Assembly (NCBI GenBank): GCA_016839555.1
Contig: JAEOUA010000007.1
Coordinates: 262,398 to 326,397, forward strand
Reading direction: 5' to 3'
Length of the DNA stretch: 64,000 nt
Source: Promethearchaeota archaeon
GTDB lineage: Archaea; Asgardarchaeota; Lokiarchaeia; Sigyniarchaeales; SOKP01
Below the pieces are notes generated by a model. It saw nothing but the letters and a program-made list of their open reading frames with translations, did not search any database and was not told the DNA's origin. Made by a program: the position numbers and the translations under genes. Positions 1 to 11,133 of this stretch are shown here, one piece after another; the stretch's first letter is position 1, and each line of letters starts with the position of its first letter.

Positions 1-575
1 TAGCGAAAGATTCTGTTATCAGAGAAAGAGCAACCAAGCTTCTAGAAAATATTAAAAAACAAGGTATTAAAGATATGATATGTTTTCATGATGAATGCTA
101 CGGATTTTACACATCATATTGTCCAAGAAATAATATTGAACTTCCTGAAGGATTAAATCCTATTCATATATTTGAATATTTATATAATTATCTTAAAGAA
201 CATGAGTCTAAAATTCATAAATTGAATATAAAGGGGGCATATCAGAGAAATTGTTCAAATCGATTTATGCCGGAAGTTGAAGAATGGGTAGATAAAATCT
301 GTGAATTAATTGGTGTTGAACGGGTTAAAAGAAAGTATGATCGGGAAAATGCTCTTTGTTGTGGAGGTGTATTTTCAATTTTGGGAGATAAGAAATTAAT
401 AAGAGAAACTCAGAATAAACAAGTCCAAGATATGCTTGATCACGGAGCAGAATTATGTTTCTATAATTGTCCTATGTGTATGGAATCACTCGGATCGAAA
501 ATCGAAAGAAAGGGAATAAAAAATTACCTCCTAAGTGACCTCTGTCGCATGGCCCTCGGTGAAAAGATAGAATAA
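1..575 (+). CDS. Fe-S oxidoreductase, CCG-domain (HdrD/GlpC-like), 5'-truncated by window edge
   Basis: Frame is open back to position 3 (AKDSVIRERATKLL...). It has CCG-domain motifs ALCCGG and YNCPMC. Confidence 0.8.
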   Translation, partial: AKDSVIRERATKLLENIKKQGIKDMICFHDECYGFYTSYCPRNNIELPEGLNPIHIFEYLYNYLKEHESKIHKLNIKGAYQRNCSNRFMPEVEEWVDKICELIGVERVKRKYDRENALCCGGVFSILGDKKLIRETQNKQVQDMLDHGAELCFYNCPMCMESLGSKIERKGIKNYLLSDLCRMALGEKIE

Positions 576-793
576 ATTCCTTCTTTTTTATTTTATTTTT
601 ATTTTTACTATAAATCGAAAATGTCCCTCTTTCATAGATAAGATAATATTTATAATCAGAACTTTTTATTAATAACAGAGTTTTAATAAGATTAGGAATA
701 AGTGAATGATGAACTATTTTCTCTATAGAGATAGAATAAGAAAAAATAATAATAGCAGAATTTTACAAAACAATTTATCATGAGTGGACAAGT

Positions 794-1840
794 TTGAATA
801 AGGATAATCGTTTAGAACATATAATATCAAAAATTAATGCTAATCAAATTAGCAAGGAGAATGCTTCTGAATTATTAATTTCATTATTCACAGGAACTCA
901 TGATTTAAAAATTCAGTATAATTGTTTGAACATCCTTAAAAATATTCTAACAATATCAAAAAAGAATTTTGCATTTTTAGAAAATTTATTAATCTCAGAT
1001 GAGGATCCTAATATAAAATGTTTGGCAGCGGAAATTCTAATTGATAAATTTCCGGAAAGATCTTTCGATTCTTTACAATGGGAATTAGAACATGAAAAAT
1101 CACCGATTGTATTGCAAAAATTGTTTTCTATAATTAATCATTCCACTAATCAGAAAATTACTAAATTAGGGCATATAATAAATGAATGGTTAAGTGATTT
1201 TGGCCAGAGATTAACGCTCGAACCAATGGAAGCAAAATTTATTCTAGATCTTGAGACTCTGTTCGCCAAAAAAGAAGATTCTATAAACATTCTTTCTCAA
1301 GATACTTACAAATTCTATTCCATTCTATCTCAATTAGAAAATAATCAATATTGGTTTTTGATAAAGGAAAATCATTTAATAGAGTTAAAGTTCAATTATT
1401 TTAAATGGAAATTCTTAAAAAATTACCGTGGTAAAATAAATTCATTAAAACAATATAATGATTTGGATTTATTACTTTCTCTTTTAATTCAGATGAAGGG
1501 TGAACATAAAGAGTCTATAAGAATTCCTACCTCAATATCTAATCTTATATATTTAGAAAAATTAGATATTAGCGAAAACAATCTGAAAAGTTTACCCTCA
1601 TCCATAGAAAAATTAAAAACATTAAAAATCTTGGATTTGAGTTTGAATCGATTAAAATCTATTCCAGAATGTCTTTTTTCACTTAAAAATTTAAAAATAC
1701 TAGATTTAAGTTATAATAAATTGCAAACTATTCCTTCTTCAGTAAAAAATTTGAAAAAGTTAGCAGAACTCAACATAACAGGTAATAAAATTAAAGAGAC
1801 ACCTAAAATCATGAAAAATATTATTAGAAATGACTCTTAA
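794..1840 (+). CDS. Leucine-rich repeat protein with N-terminal HEAT-like helical region
   Basis: C-terminal LxxLDLSxNxLxxIP repeats (about 4). N-terminal LENLLISDEDPNIKCLAAEIL is a HEAT-like segment. Confidence 0.85.
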   Translation: MNKDNRLEHIISKINANQISKENASELLISLFTGTHDLKIQYNCLNILKNILTISKKNFAFLENLLISDEDPNIKCLAAEILIDKFPERSFDSLQWELEHEKSPIVLQKLFSIINHSTNQKITKLGHIINEWLSDFGQRLTLEPMEAKFILDLETLFAKKEDSINILSQDTYKFYSILSQLENNQYWFLIKENHLIELKFNYFKWKFLKNYRGKINSLKQYNDLDLLLSLLIQMKGEHKESIRIPTSISNLIYLEKLDISENNLKSLPSSIEKLKTLKILDLSLNRLKSIPECLFSLKNLKILDLSYNKLQTIPSSVKNLKKLAELNITGNKIKETPKIMKNIIRNDS

Positions 1841-1944
1841 ATCTATAAAAAAATAAAAGTTGATTGAAATTTCTAAGATATTGCATTAATTATATAAATT
1901 TCAAAAACATAATTTTATATCAATTATAATTATCTAATAGAAAG

Positions 1945-3669
1945 GTGAAAATTTTGTCAGAAGAAAAAAAAATGATCAATGGTGGCGATGTTTTAATTAA
2001 AGCTCTACTTAAAGAGGATGTCAAATACATGTTTGGAATCCCTGGTGGTCAATTCCTAAATATGTATGATGCTGTATATAAATGGGGCAGAGAACAAGGG
2101 ATCGAAACCATTTTATTCCGTCATGAACAAGCAGCAGCCCATGCTGCTGATGCTTATGCACGAGTCACAAATAAACCAGGAATATGTTTTGGTACGGTGG
2201 GTCCAGGCGCGCTGCATTTAGTGCCCGGAGTAGGAGCTGCATGGAGCGATAATATCCCAGTTATTGCTATCATTCCTCAAGTGTCTAGTAAGTATGATGA
2301 CTCATTTACATTACAAGGGAATTTAGATCAAATAAGTATGTTTAAACCTATTACTAAATATCAAAGAAGTATACGAGATTTAGAAAAAATACCCGACGCA
2401 GTTGAAAAATGTTTTAGACAAGCAGTTGGAGGGAGGCCTCAGCCTGTAGTGCTAGAAATATACGAAGATGCCTTTTTAGAAGAAATCGAGGAAGATAAAA
2501 TAAAAATTCCTGGTCCTGAGAAGTACCGACCACAATTAAAATCAGGAGTTGATCCCGATTCTGTCGATGAAGCACTTAATTTGTTATTAACTGCTGAAAA
2601 ACCCCTTATAGTCTCTGGAGGAGGCGTAATGATGGCGGAAGCATGGAATGAATTGAGAGAATTTGCAGAATATTTAAAAATTCCAGTAATGGCAAGCCAT
2701 CGTGGGACAGGAACTATATCAACTGATTCAGAATGCTTTATAGGATCAACAATCGCGCCTAGCTCAAATTTACATGCTGCAAGTAATTCAGATGTTATTT
2801 TAGCTCTTGGATGTAAATTCTCTTATATTTTAGCCCATGGAGATGAACCATTTTGGAATGATAATCAAAAATTAATTCAAGTAGATATCGATCCTGCAAT
2901 AATAGGCAGAGCCAAACCCATAAATTTAGGAATTGTCGCTGATTGTAAAGTATTTCTCAAACAAATATTAAATGCAGCTAAGAAAAAGGAAAAAGTAGAA
3001 AAACGAGAGTGGTTAGAAACCTTACTAGATATGTATGATAAATATAAAAAAACGTTAATTAAAAAAGGTAGTAAAGATAACGTCCCAATCTTACCGGAAA
3101 GACTTGTAAAGGATGTTTATGAATTTATGGATGAGGATGCCATCCTAATTGTAGATGGTGGAGATATCGCTTGTTACGCTTTAGAACAAATAAATGTATA
3201 TAAGCCCCGTAAACCTCAATCTCTTGTTCAGGCAATATGTATGGGACATTTGGGTACCGCAGTACCGTATTCTATCGGCGCTAAATTAGGAAAACCAGAT
3301 AAACAAGTAGTCGCTATTGCTGGTGATGGTAGCTTTATGATAAATATCCAAGATTTAGAGACTGCTGCTAGATTAAAGCTTGAAAATGTAATTATAGTGG
3401 TTGCCAATAATAATGCATGGGGAATGATAAAAAGTGGTCAAAAATTGTTTATGGGTAAGCGATATATTGATGTTGATTTACCTGAATTTGATTATGGTAA
3501 ATGTGCTGAAGGTTTTGGATGTTATGGTGAGAAAGTAACGGATCCTAACGAAATAAAACCTGCCTTAGAACGAGCAAAAAACTCCGGGAAACCTGCAGTT
3601 ATTGATGTTAAGATAAAATATGATATTCCAAATGCTACAAAGCTTTTAGGTTCGATGGGTATCCTTTAA
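1945..3669 (+). CDS. Thiamine pyrophosphate-binding enzyme (acetolactate synthase large-subunit-like)
   Basis: FGIPGG, RHEQAAAHAADAYAR, GDGSF...NNNAWG TPP motif. Confidence 0.9.
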   Translation: MKILSEEKKMINGGDVLIKALLKEDVKYMFGIPGGQFLNMYDAVYKWGREQGIETILFRHEQAAAHAADAYARVTNKPGICFGTVGPGALHLVPGVGAAWSDNIPVIAIIPQVSSKYDDSFTLQGNLDQISMFKPITKYQRSIRDLEKIPDAVEKCFRQAVGGRPQPVVLEIYEDAFLEEIEEDKIKIPGPEKYRPQLKSGVDPDSVDEALNLLLTAEKPLIVSGGGVMMAEAWNELREFAEYLKIPVMASHRGTGTISTDSECFIGSTIAPSSNLHAASNSDVILALGCKFSYILAHGDEPFWNDNQKLIQVDIDPAIIGRAKPINLGIVADCKVFLKQILNAAKKKEKVEKREWLETLLDMYDKYKKTLIKKGSKDNVPILPERLVKDVYEFMDEDAILIVDGGDIACYALEQINVYKPRKPQSLVQAICMGHLGTAVPYSIGAKLGKPDKQVVAIAGDGSFMINIQDLETAARLKLENVIIVVANNNAWGMIKSGQKLFMGKRYIDVDLPEFDYGKCAEGFGCYGEKVTDPNEIKPALERAKNSGKPAVIDVKIKYDIPNATKLLGSMGIL

Positions 3670-3757
3670 ACAAATATTTAAATATATATATTTCTATTTT
3701 TTTTCTATTTATTTTTTTCTAATTTAAAGAACTTTTAAAAAAAGAAGAAAAAAAAAA

Positions 3758-5155
3758 TTATAATTTAGATTTCTTTTCTAAGTGAAGCTTTTCTCTCTTT
3801 TCTTTTACTTCCTTTAATCTTTCCCCATCTAAGGGATATTTATAGATAACAATGAGGGCAATTAACAATGCAATAATTGGATAGAGAGACATCAAGCTGC
3901 GAAGTCCAAAAATGACTGCTGGTGTTATGTTATAAGGGTCATATACTTGCCAATCTGATATAATAAAAACCGGACCTATAACTAAAAAGACGGCAACTGT
4001 TGATAAATGCATAAGGAACATATTTACACCATAATATGCACCTTCCCTACGCATACCTGTGTTTATTTCATCCTCGTCAATAATATCCGAAATTATAATA
4101 TCGATTATATAGATTGACCCTGATAATCCTATTCCTATTAAGAAAAACATAATAAGAGCAATAATATAGTTGGATATGAACATTAAGGTGGATAAAAGAA
4201 TGATCCAAATTGACATTGAGATTAACCAGCTTTTTCGCGGTCCTATTCTTTGTACTAATGGTTTCCATAATACAGTCATGAAAATTGCTGCTGAAATGAA
4301 AGCTACACCTAATAAGATTGATAAAAGGAGTGTATCTGAAATTCCTAGAACGAATTTTCCATAAAGGGGGACAATAGCAGGAAGCATTCCATATACAAAC
4401 CAATTTGCTACCTCTGCGGGGATGTACCACATGAAAGATTTACTTTTTACACATGTTTTAAGAGATTTAATGAAACTAGGAGTTGTTTTATAATCCTCTT
4501 GAAATTCAGGCTTTTCTCTTGGAGAGAATTTTAAAAAGAGAATCCCTGGAATGATTATTATAATTGCCAATACTAATCCAAAAATCTGATATTGTGGTAA
4601 ACTCACAGGATCAGAATAATCTGTTATGAACATTCCAGGCAACACAAATGCCATAATTAACCCTACAATTGCAAATGCTTGTCTCACATTATTTGCTTTG
4701 GTGCGTTCTTCAACAGAAATGAATAATTCTGGAAAAAGAGCGGTAAAATTTACATCGTACATTGTAAAAAATAATTCAAAAATCATAATAATGATTAAAA
4801 AATAAATATAATTCGCAATCTCATTTGTTACTCCGAACGCTGAAGGAGGTGTAAATAATAAAATCATGATTAAAGCTAATGGGATTAAAGAGATCATTAT
4901 ATAAATTTTACGCCGGCCCCATTTGGTATGAGTTCTATCTGAAAGATATCCTATGAAAGAGTCATTAAAACTATTCCACAAAGCCCATATTATAAACCCA
5001 ATGACAATTAATTCTATTCTAATTCCAATTACGGCAAAATAAAAGGTGAAAACCAAAAAAGTAAAGGTTTGATATGCAGCAATATCAGATAATTGTCCTA
5101 TACTATACGAAGTAGCATATTTATATGAAAATTTTTTATTGTTAGATTCATTCAT
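3758..5155 (-). CDS. MFS transporter, GPH (MelB-like) family
   Basis: About 12 TM segments; NDSFIGYLSDRTHTKWGRR and DEINTGMRREGAYYG motifs. Confidence 0.9.
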   Translation of the reverse strand: MNESNNKKFSYKYATSYSIGQLSDIAAYQTFTFLVFTFYFAVIGIRIELIVIGFIIWALWNSFNDSFIGYLSDRTHTKWGRRKIYIMISLIPLALIMILLFTPPSAFGVTNEIANYIYFLIIIMIFELFFTMYDVNFTALFPELFISVEERTKANNVRQAFAIVGLIMAFVLPGMFITDYSDPVSLPQYQIFGLVLAIIIIIPGILFLKFSPREKPEFQEDYKTTPSFIKSLKTCVKSKSFMWYIPAEVANWFVYGMLPAIVPLYGKFVLGISDTLLLSILLGVAFISAAIFMTVLWKPLVQRIGPRKSWLISMSIWIILLSTLMFISNYIIALIMFFLIGIGLSGSIYIIDIIISDIIDEDEINTGMRREGAYYGVNMFLMHLSTVAVFLVIGPVFIISDWQVYDPYNITPAVIFGLRSLMSLYPIIALLIALIVIYKYPLDGERLKEVKEKREKLHLEKKSKL

Positions 5156-5496
5156 CTCTACTTATAATAAAATTTATTTGAATGGAATATATTTTGCTTT
5201 TTTCCTTATTAAATGTTTTATTCACATTTTCTTATTTAAAAATTATGATTTTTATAAAAAAATTATTTCACCCTAAATTTGCTAAAGGTTTTATAGGTTA
5301 TGGTGAGGAAATAATGGATTTCAAAGAATATAAAATGGATTTTTATTGAAACTCAAAATTATATTTGAATTCGAAGATGCCTCAAATTAATGATTTTAAT
5401 TAAAAAGAAAAATTTTTCAAATTCTTATGCTTTAGAGAAATAATATTAATTAATGTATATATGTTATTTTTTAATTAAAGAGATTTTATTTTCAAA

Positions 5497-7911
5497 ATGA
5501 GTTATCAACAAAGTAGCATTTTGAACACAGAGAAAGTCCAAACAAAATTTTCTCTGGAAGATTTTCCCAACTTAAAAGAATTTCGAGAATTCATAGTTCA
5601 AGGAAAAATTGAGTTTTGCATTGAACGTGCGGCATTAATGCTTGAATTTTTAAAGGAAAAGGGCGGATTGGATTATACTGATCCCATTACGCGCCAAGCG
5701 GAAATATTAAAATATATATTAGAAAATAAAAAGCCTAATATCTTTCCAAATGATCTCTTAGCAGGTTCGAGCACATCGAAGCGGAAAGGCGTCTTATTTT
5801 ACCCAGAATTCTTGGGTTTGGGTATATGGCCAGAGTTATTATCCCTCCCCATTAGGAAAAAGAATCCATATCATATAACCGAGGAAGAAATCATAAAACT
5901 GGACCAAGAGATAATGCCGTTTTGGATAGATAAAAATGTGGCCGAACTTGTGAGAAAGAAATTAGGCGACGATGATAAAAGCTATAGACTTCATGAGAAA
6001 CTTTTTTTATATATGGTTGCAAAATATAATTGTCAGAGTCATACTATTCCAGACTACCAGAAGGTTTTAAAATATGGGTTAGAGGGAATTATTAGTGATA
6101 TTACACAAAAAATGGAATATGTAACGGATGAGAAAAAGAAGTTCTATAATGGGATGAAAAATGCTTTAGAAGGTGTTGTGAGTTATGCAAACAATCTAAG
6201 TAAAGAAGCTACTCAACAGTTAAAAACGTGTGAGAATCCTGAACGTAAAATTGAGTTAAAAGAAATTTCAGAAATATGTAAAAAAGTGCCCGCAAAACCA
6301 GCGACCACATTTAGAGAGGCTTTACAAAGCATATGGATTTGTATGAATGCATTATACCAAGAACAGAATAATGTGGGTTTTAGCATCGGTCGTATTGACC
6401 AATTATTGAATCCATATTATATTCACGATATAAAGAATGGCAAACTAACAAGAAAAAGGGCTATTGAACTATTTGCTCATTTCTGGTTAAAGATCGGAGA
6501 TAATATTCCAATGGTACCAGAAAGCGGAGAAAAACTATTTGGAGCAACAGGATCCAATCAAGCTATTACCATCGGAGGATGTGATAAAGAAGGAAAAAAT
6601 TCTGTGAATGAAACAACTTTTCTTTGTTTAGATGTGGTAGAGCTTCTAAAAGTAAGAGATCCCAATTTGAATGCAAGAATTCGAGAAGATGACCCAGATG
6701 ATTATACTCAAAGAATTGCTGAAGTAATATTTAACACGGGATCTACACCATCATTAATTAGTGACAAAGCAGTAATTCCTGCTTTGCAAAAAATTGGAAT
6801 TGAAGAAAAAGATGCTAATGATTATGCGCAAGTAGGATGCTTAGAACCTAATTCTCCAGGAAGACAATTTGGACACACAGGTTCTTTATTGATCAACTGC
6901 ACGGCACCATTTATACTAGTAATGCATAATGGAAATTCAAATAAATCAAAAGATCTTGGTCCAAAAACGGGGGAACTTTCTGAGTTTACCTCATTTGAAC
7001 AATTTTTAACTGCTGTAAAGACACAATTTAAATTTATAATAGAAAATGCTACTCGTCTCAATAATGTATGTGGAGAGACATATAAATATCTTCATCCTCA
7101 ACCATTATTAAGTGCCTTATTTGAAGGTCCAATTCAATCCGGAAAGAATTTGCTTGAAGGCGGCGCAAAGTATAATTCCTCGGGAATAGCTTTTATTGCA
7201 TTAGCAGATTTAATTGATTCCTTATATGCAGTAAAAAAATTAGTGTTTATTGATAATAAATTTACCTTAGAGGTGTTAGCTGAGATTCTAAAAAATAATT
7301 TCAATGGCAATGAGAAAGAATACTCTTATATTTTAAATAAAATAAACCATTTTGGTAATGATAAAGAAGATGTTGATAAACTAGCTCAAAATCTTATAGA
7401 TTTCCTATATGAAACATGTACATCAATTAATAATTATCGTAATGGAAATTATCTTCCTGGTTATTGGTCAATGACTATACATAGTGGATTTGGAAAGGTA
7501 ACTGGTGCGTTCCCCAATGGAAAAATGAAAAGTGAACCATTTACCAGTGGATTAACTCCTTTTTCTAAAACCCAAAAAAATGGTCCAACCGCAGTTTTCA
7601 ATAGTCTTGCAAATCTTGATTGTACTAAAATGCCCAACGGAATGGCACTTAATATGAAATTTAATAAATCATTATTCAGTTTAGAAAAAAATAAGGAGTT
7701 ATTTATTTCTCTTCTAAAAGGATATTTTTCAAAGGGAGGGATGCAAGTTCAATACATAATCCAAGATGCTGAAACCTTAATTGATGCTAAGTTACATCCT
7801 GACAAATATCCCGATTTAATGGTGAGAATTAGTGGATATACTGCTTATTTTAATGATTTAAATGATCATATGAAAGATGAGATTATTAATCGAGCTATTA
7901 TGCAAATATAA
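5497..7911 (+). CDS. Glycyl radical enzyme (PFL-like family), substrate unknown
   Basis: 804 aa; Cys loop VGCLEP; Gly loop LMVRISGY near the C-terminus; SIGRIDQ motif. Confidence 0.92.
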   Translation: MSYQQSSILNTEKVQTKFSLEDFPNLKEFREFIVQGKIEFCIERAALMLEFLKEKGGLDYTDPITRQAEILKYILENKKPNIFPNDLLAGSSTSKRKGVLFYPEFLGLGIWPELLSLPIRKKNPYHITEEEIIKLDQEIMPFWIDKNVAELVRKKLGDDDKSYRLHEKLFLYMVAKYNCQSHTIPDYQKVLKYGLEGIISDITQKMEYVTDEKKKFYNGMKNALEGVVSYANNLSKEATQQLKTCENPERKIELKEISEICKKVPAKPATTFREALQSIWICMNALYQEQNNVGFSIGRIDQLLNPYYIHDIKNGKLTRKRAIELFAHFWLKIGDNIPMVPESGEKLFGATGSNQAITIGGCDKEGKNSVNETTFLCLDVVELLKVRDPNLNARIREDDPDDYTQRIAEVIFNTGSTPSLISDKAVIPALQKIGIEEKDANDYAQVGCLEPNSPGRQFGHTGSLLINCTAPFILVMHNGNSNKSKDLGPKTGELSEFTSFEQFLTAVKTQFKFIIENATRLNNVCGETYKYLHPQPLLSALFEGPIQSGKNLLEGGAKYNSSGIAFIALADLIDSLYAVKKLVFIDNKFTLEVLAEILKNNFNGNEKEYSYILNKINHFGNDKEDVDKLAQNLIDFLYETCTSINNYRNGNYLPGYWSMTIHSGFGKVTGAFPNGKMKSEPFTSGLTPFSKTQKNGPTAVFNSLANLDCTKMPNGMALNMKFNKSLFSLEKNKELFISLLKGYFSKGGMQVQYIIQDAETLIDAKLHPDKYPDLMVRISGYTAYFNDLNDHMKDEIINRAIMQI

Positions 7912-7952
7912 TAAAAATAAAAAGTCAAAATAGTTAATATGGGGCATCAATT

Positions 7953-8384
7953 ATGGAAAAAATTAAATCATGGTACTATAAATTTCTTGGAAAACTGCTT
8001 CTAGACTATTCCCACAAAAAATTAATTAAATTAAATAATAATGATCCTCTTTTTCATAAATTTGTCACCAATTTTAAAGGAAAAATAAATATCAGAACTG
8101 AGGGTAATGAAATAAATAGATTTTTAATTTTTGATGGAAAAGGAAATATTAAATATGCAAATAAGAAGGCAAATGAGCCTGATGCTTCCCTTATTTTTAA
8201 TTCAATAAAAGATCTCTATAAATTTTTTAGAAATTATGGAGATGTCTATGAAGGAATGCTTGAAAATAGATTCAAAATAAGAGGTAATTCCAATATCTTG
8301 TTTAAATATCAATTTCTCACAAATTATTTTAATCCAAAAAAAGATAAGATTAAATTGTCTTACCAATCTTTTAATAATATCTAA
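7953..8384 (+). CDS. SCP2 sterol/lipid-binding domain protein
   Basis: EPDASLIF...DVYEGMLENRFKIRGN matches the SCP2 C-terminal pattern; 41 bp downstream of the GRE. Confidence 0.65.
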   Translation: MEKIKSWYYKFLGKLLLDYSHKKLIKLNNNDPLFHKFVTNFKGKINIRTEGNEINRFLIFDGKGNIKYANKKANEPDASLIFNSIKDLYKFFRNYGDVYEGMLENRFKIRGNSNILFKYQFLTNYFNPKKDKIKLSYQSFNNI

Positions 8385-8456
8385 AGAATTTCACTAATTT
8401 CTTAAGTAGTAAACCTTTAAATAAAAAAGAAAAATTGAATTTTTTATATTTAAGGA

Positions 8457-9044
8457 TTAAATTTCTTCTACATACATATTATATATGATCAGACCCACAT
8501 AGCCAAGAGCGGTAAACACGACAAACCATTCTAATAACGGGGTTCCTATTAAAAATACAAACAATACATCTAGGATAGCAACTACAATACCATATATACC
8601 AATAGGCTTCTTGAAAGCTTCATGAAGGAATAATGCAATACTGGTTATAATCAATACGAAGAGAATTACAAAAAAGAAGATATCAGACCAAAGGACATGT
8701 AAAGTCATAAAATCTTCGGAATATACTCCTATCATTATTAACGCGAAAGCAGCAAAACATCCTATTCCTTGTCCTATTATAACGAGTATTTTATGCCATA
8801 TCTCTTCTCTGTACCATTTATAATGGCCGATAAAGAATGGAAATAATGCGATTCCTGTGGTAATGCATCCTATATTATAAAAAACAGCACCTACGGGACT
8901 ATAACTTGAATTTCCCAAATCTGAGAGCCAGTTATCCAATGGTGAATAATATGTTGGAAATAATGCTAAGGATGTAAATGTGAAAACGCAATAGAGAATA
9001 ATCACAAGCGTACCCGAAATTATACTTAAAGACAATTTTCTCAA
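8457..9044 (-). CDS. DUF998-like membrane protein
   Basis: YSPLDNWLSDLG, FYNIGCI, IGVYSED...LH motifs; about 6 TM. Confidence 0.75.
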   Translation of the reverse strand: MRKLSLSIISGTLVIILYCVFTFTSLALFPTYYSPLDNWLSDLGNSSYSPVGAVFYNIGCITTGIALFPFFIGHYKWYREEIWHKILVIIGQGIGCFAAFALIMIGVYSEDFMTLHVLWSDIFFFVILFVLIITSIALFLHEAFKKPIGIYGIVVAILDVLFVFLIGTPLLEWFVVFTALGYVGLIIYNMYVEEI

Positions 9045-9341
9045 CTTGATTTCCCTCTTTTACTATTTTATATTATTTTTTATTATTCTTTATTATTGAA
9101 TTTTTTTAAAAATCTTTAAATAATAATATACGACATTCCTATATATAAATAGATTTAAGATTTATCATACTTTTGATCCTATTTTTATATTGGTTCATAA
9201 CATCCAGATATATATGTATGAACGTGAAAGGACAGTTTCACGAAGTTAAGAACTTCATTGTTTCATATTAATTCTTTATAATTGGGTATAAAATAAGAAA
9301 TAAAAAATAGAAAAAAGAAATATTTAGAATATTTAATTTAG

Positions 9342-10124
9342 TTATCTGTTTTTCAACAGTAGATAGGTCGTATAAATAATTCCAACCGCTATTATTATAG
9401 CCGCAATTAATCCTGCTATAGCTATTAAGAGATTTAATGCTAGTTGTTTGACGAAAATACCAAATGATGCCCATACAAGTACTAATCCATAAGAGATATC
9501 CCTTCTTGTAAAAATAGTGAGAAGTCCTATTAACACTAAAACCGCAATTACTAAGATCGTAAGAATCTCTGCCAATATACCAAAGCTAGGAAAGCCAATC
9601 TCCACCAATAGGGCTGTGACTTGAGCTACAGTTGCAACAGTCAACCAACCGAAATAAACACTTATTGGTAAATGAATGAAAATTTTTTCATTCCTAGGTG
9701 CATCAGATACTGCAATATTAAGTCGTTGATATATCATAAGTAATGAGAAGAAGAGAATGAGAATTGCAACCAAAGGTAAAAAGAACACTTGATAATGCCA
9801 GAAAAATATCCATGCGATATTACCTACTGCAGCTAAAATAAAATAGGGACCAATTTTATCTAAAAATGGAAGTTCTTCCTTTTCAGATTTGAATAAATCT
9901 TTTGCTTGATATATGGCAAAGAGACCTATCAAGACATAAATTATAAACCAAATTGAGAACACATAACCTGCTGGGACAAGAAGGTTTGGATATGAGTCAG
10001 CTAATTCACCTGTTGATATGCCATTCAATGGTAGCGCATTTGCAAGCAAATTGATTATCACTGTGGCTACAAAAGCTATTATATTACCGATTTGGAATAT
10101 AAGTTTTTTTATTGAATTTTCCAT
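9342..10124 (-). CDS. TspO/tryptophan-rich sensory-like membrane protein
   Basis: PNLLVPAGYVFSIWFIIY, NIAWIFFWHY, PISVYFGWLTVAT motifs. Confidence 0.75.
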   Translation of the reverse strand: MENSIKKLIFQIGNIIAFVATVIINLLANALPLNGISTGELADSYPNLLVPAGYVFSIWFIIYVLIGLFAIYQAKDLFKSEKEELPFLDKIGPYFILAAVGNIAWIFFWHYQVFFLPLVAILILFFSLLMIYQRLNIAVSDAPRNEKIFIHLPISVYFGWLTVATVAQVTALLVEIGFPSFGILAEILTILVIAVLVLIGLLTIFTRRDISYGLVLVWASFGIFVKQLALNLLIAIAGLIAAIIIAVGIIYTTYLLLKNR

Positions 10125-10461
10125 ATTTCATCAATTTATATTTTGTAATTTAAGTTAAGGAGATTAATCGCATCTTATATATAAATCCTTTTTTAATATT
10201 TTAAAAATCTTAGTTATTATAGATAATTATTATTCCAATCGTAATTTAAATTGGAGGATGAATAAAATCTAAAATCTTTGCTGCCATATTTAATCCTATC
10301 AATTAGATTAATCAGATTTAAAAAGCGTAATAAAAAGGAAAATTCTGATTAATATTAAATTAGAATCTTATAATAAATATGATATGAGATGAAACTCGAA
10401 ATGTAGAGGATATGTATTTTTTATAATGCAATGCTTTTTTAATTTTTGAAATATTGATTAT

Positions 10462-10992
10462 GTGAAAAGAATGTTTGACCCTGGACAACTAAGTTGGCAA
10501 GATATTGAATCTGTTTTGTTAGAAGGTATGGAATATATAAATCATATAGAATCTAAACGGGAAAGAATTATTCATAAGAGTAATTATAAAGCATATAAAC
10601 CAGATTCTTCAATTATTCAAAAATTAAAAGAATTTCTTACAATCACTGATAAGAAAATGAGAATATTGACTTTAGGGGCCACATGGTGTAAAACTTGTGC
10701 TGATGTTAAACCATCGCTTATTAAGATTGTAGAAAATGTTAATTCTCCGCGTTTGAGAATTTTTCTTTTAGGTGGAGTAAAAACAACTATGGAAAGTAAA
10801 GAAAATTATTATTTTTGGGCTAAAAAATCACCTCCTGAATTTCATAATCGCAAATTTATGGTAAATCAAATCCCTATAGTCTACTTTTTTGATGAATTAG
10901 GAAAATGTCTTACCCGAATTGAGAAATATCCTAAAAATGGTCTCTCTTTTGAAAAATTTATTCTTAATATAGCAAAAAGGTATTTAAAATAA
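10462..10992 (+). CDS. Thioredoxin-fold protein
   Basis: GATWCKTC active-site motif and a cis-Pro-like QIPIVYF segment. Confidence 0.8.
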   Translation: MKRMFDPGQLSWQDIESVLLEGMEYINHIESKRERIIHKSNYKAYKPDSSIIQKLKEFLTITDKKMRILTLGATWCKTCADVKPSLIKIVENVNSPRLRIFLLGGVKTTMESKENYYFWAKKSPPEFHNRKFMVNQIPIVYFFDELGKCLTRIEKYPKNGLSFEKFILNIAKRYLK

Positions 10993-11133
10993 ATTTTCTC
11001 TTCTAATTATAAATATACTTATAAATTTTTAAAATAGTTTTTTAAATAGAAAAATAGAGTGTTATATTAAGCAAAATAATTGAAAGTATTTTGAGTATAA
11101 AAAAATATAAATTCATAAAAAGGTGTTAAAATT

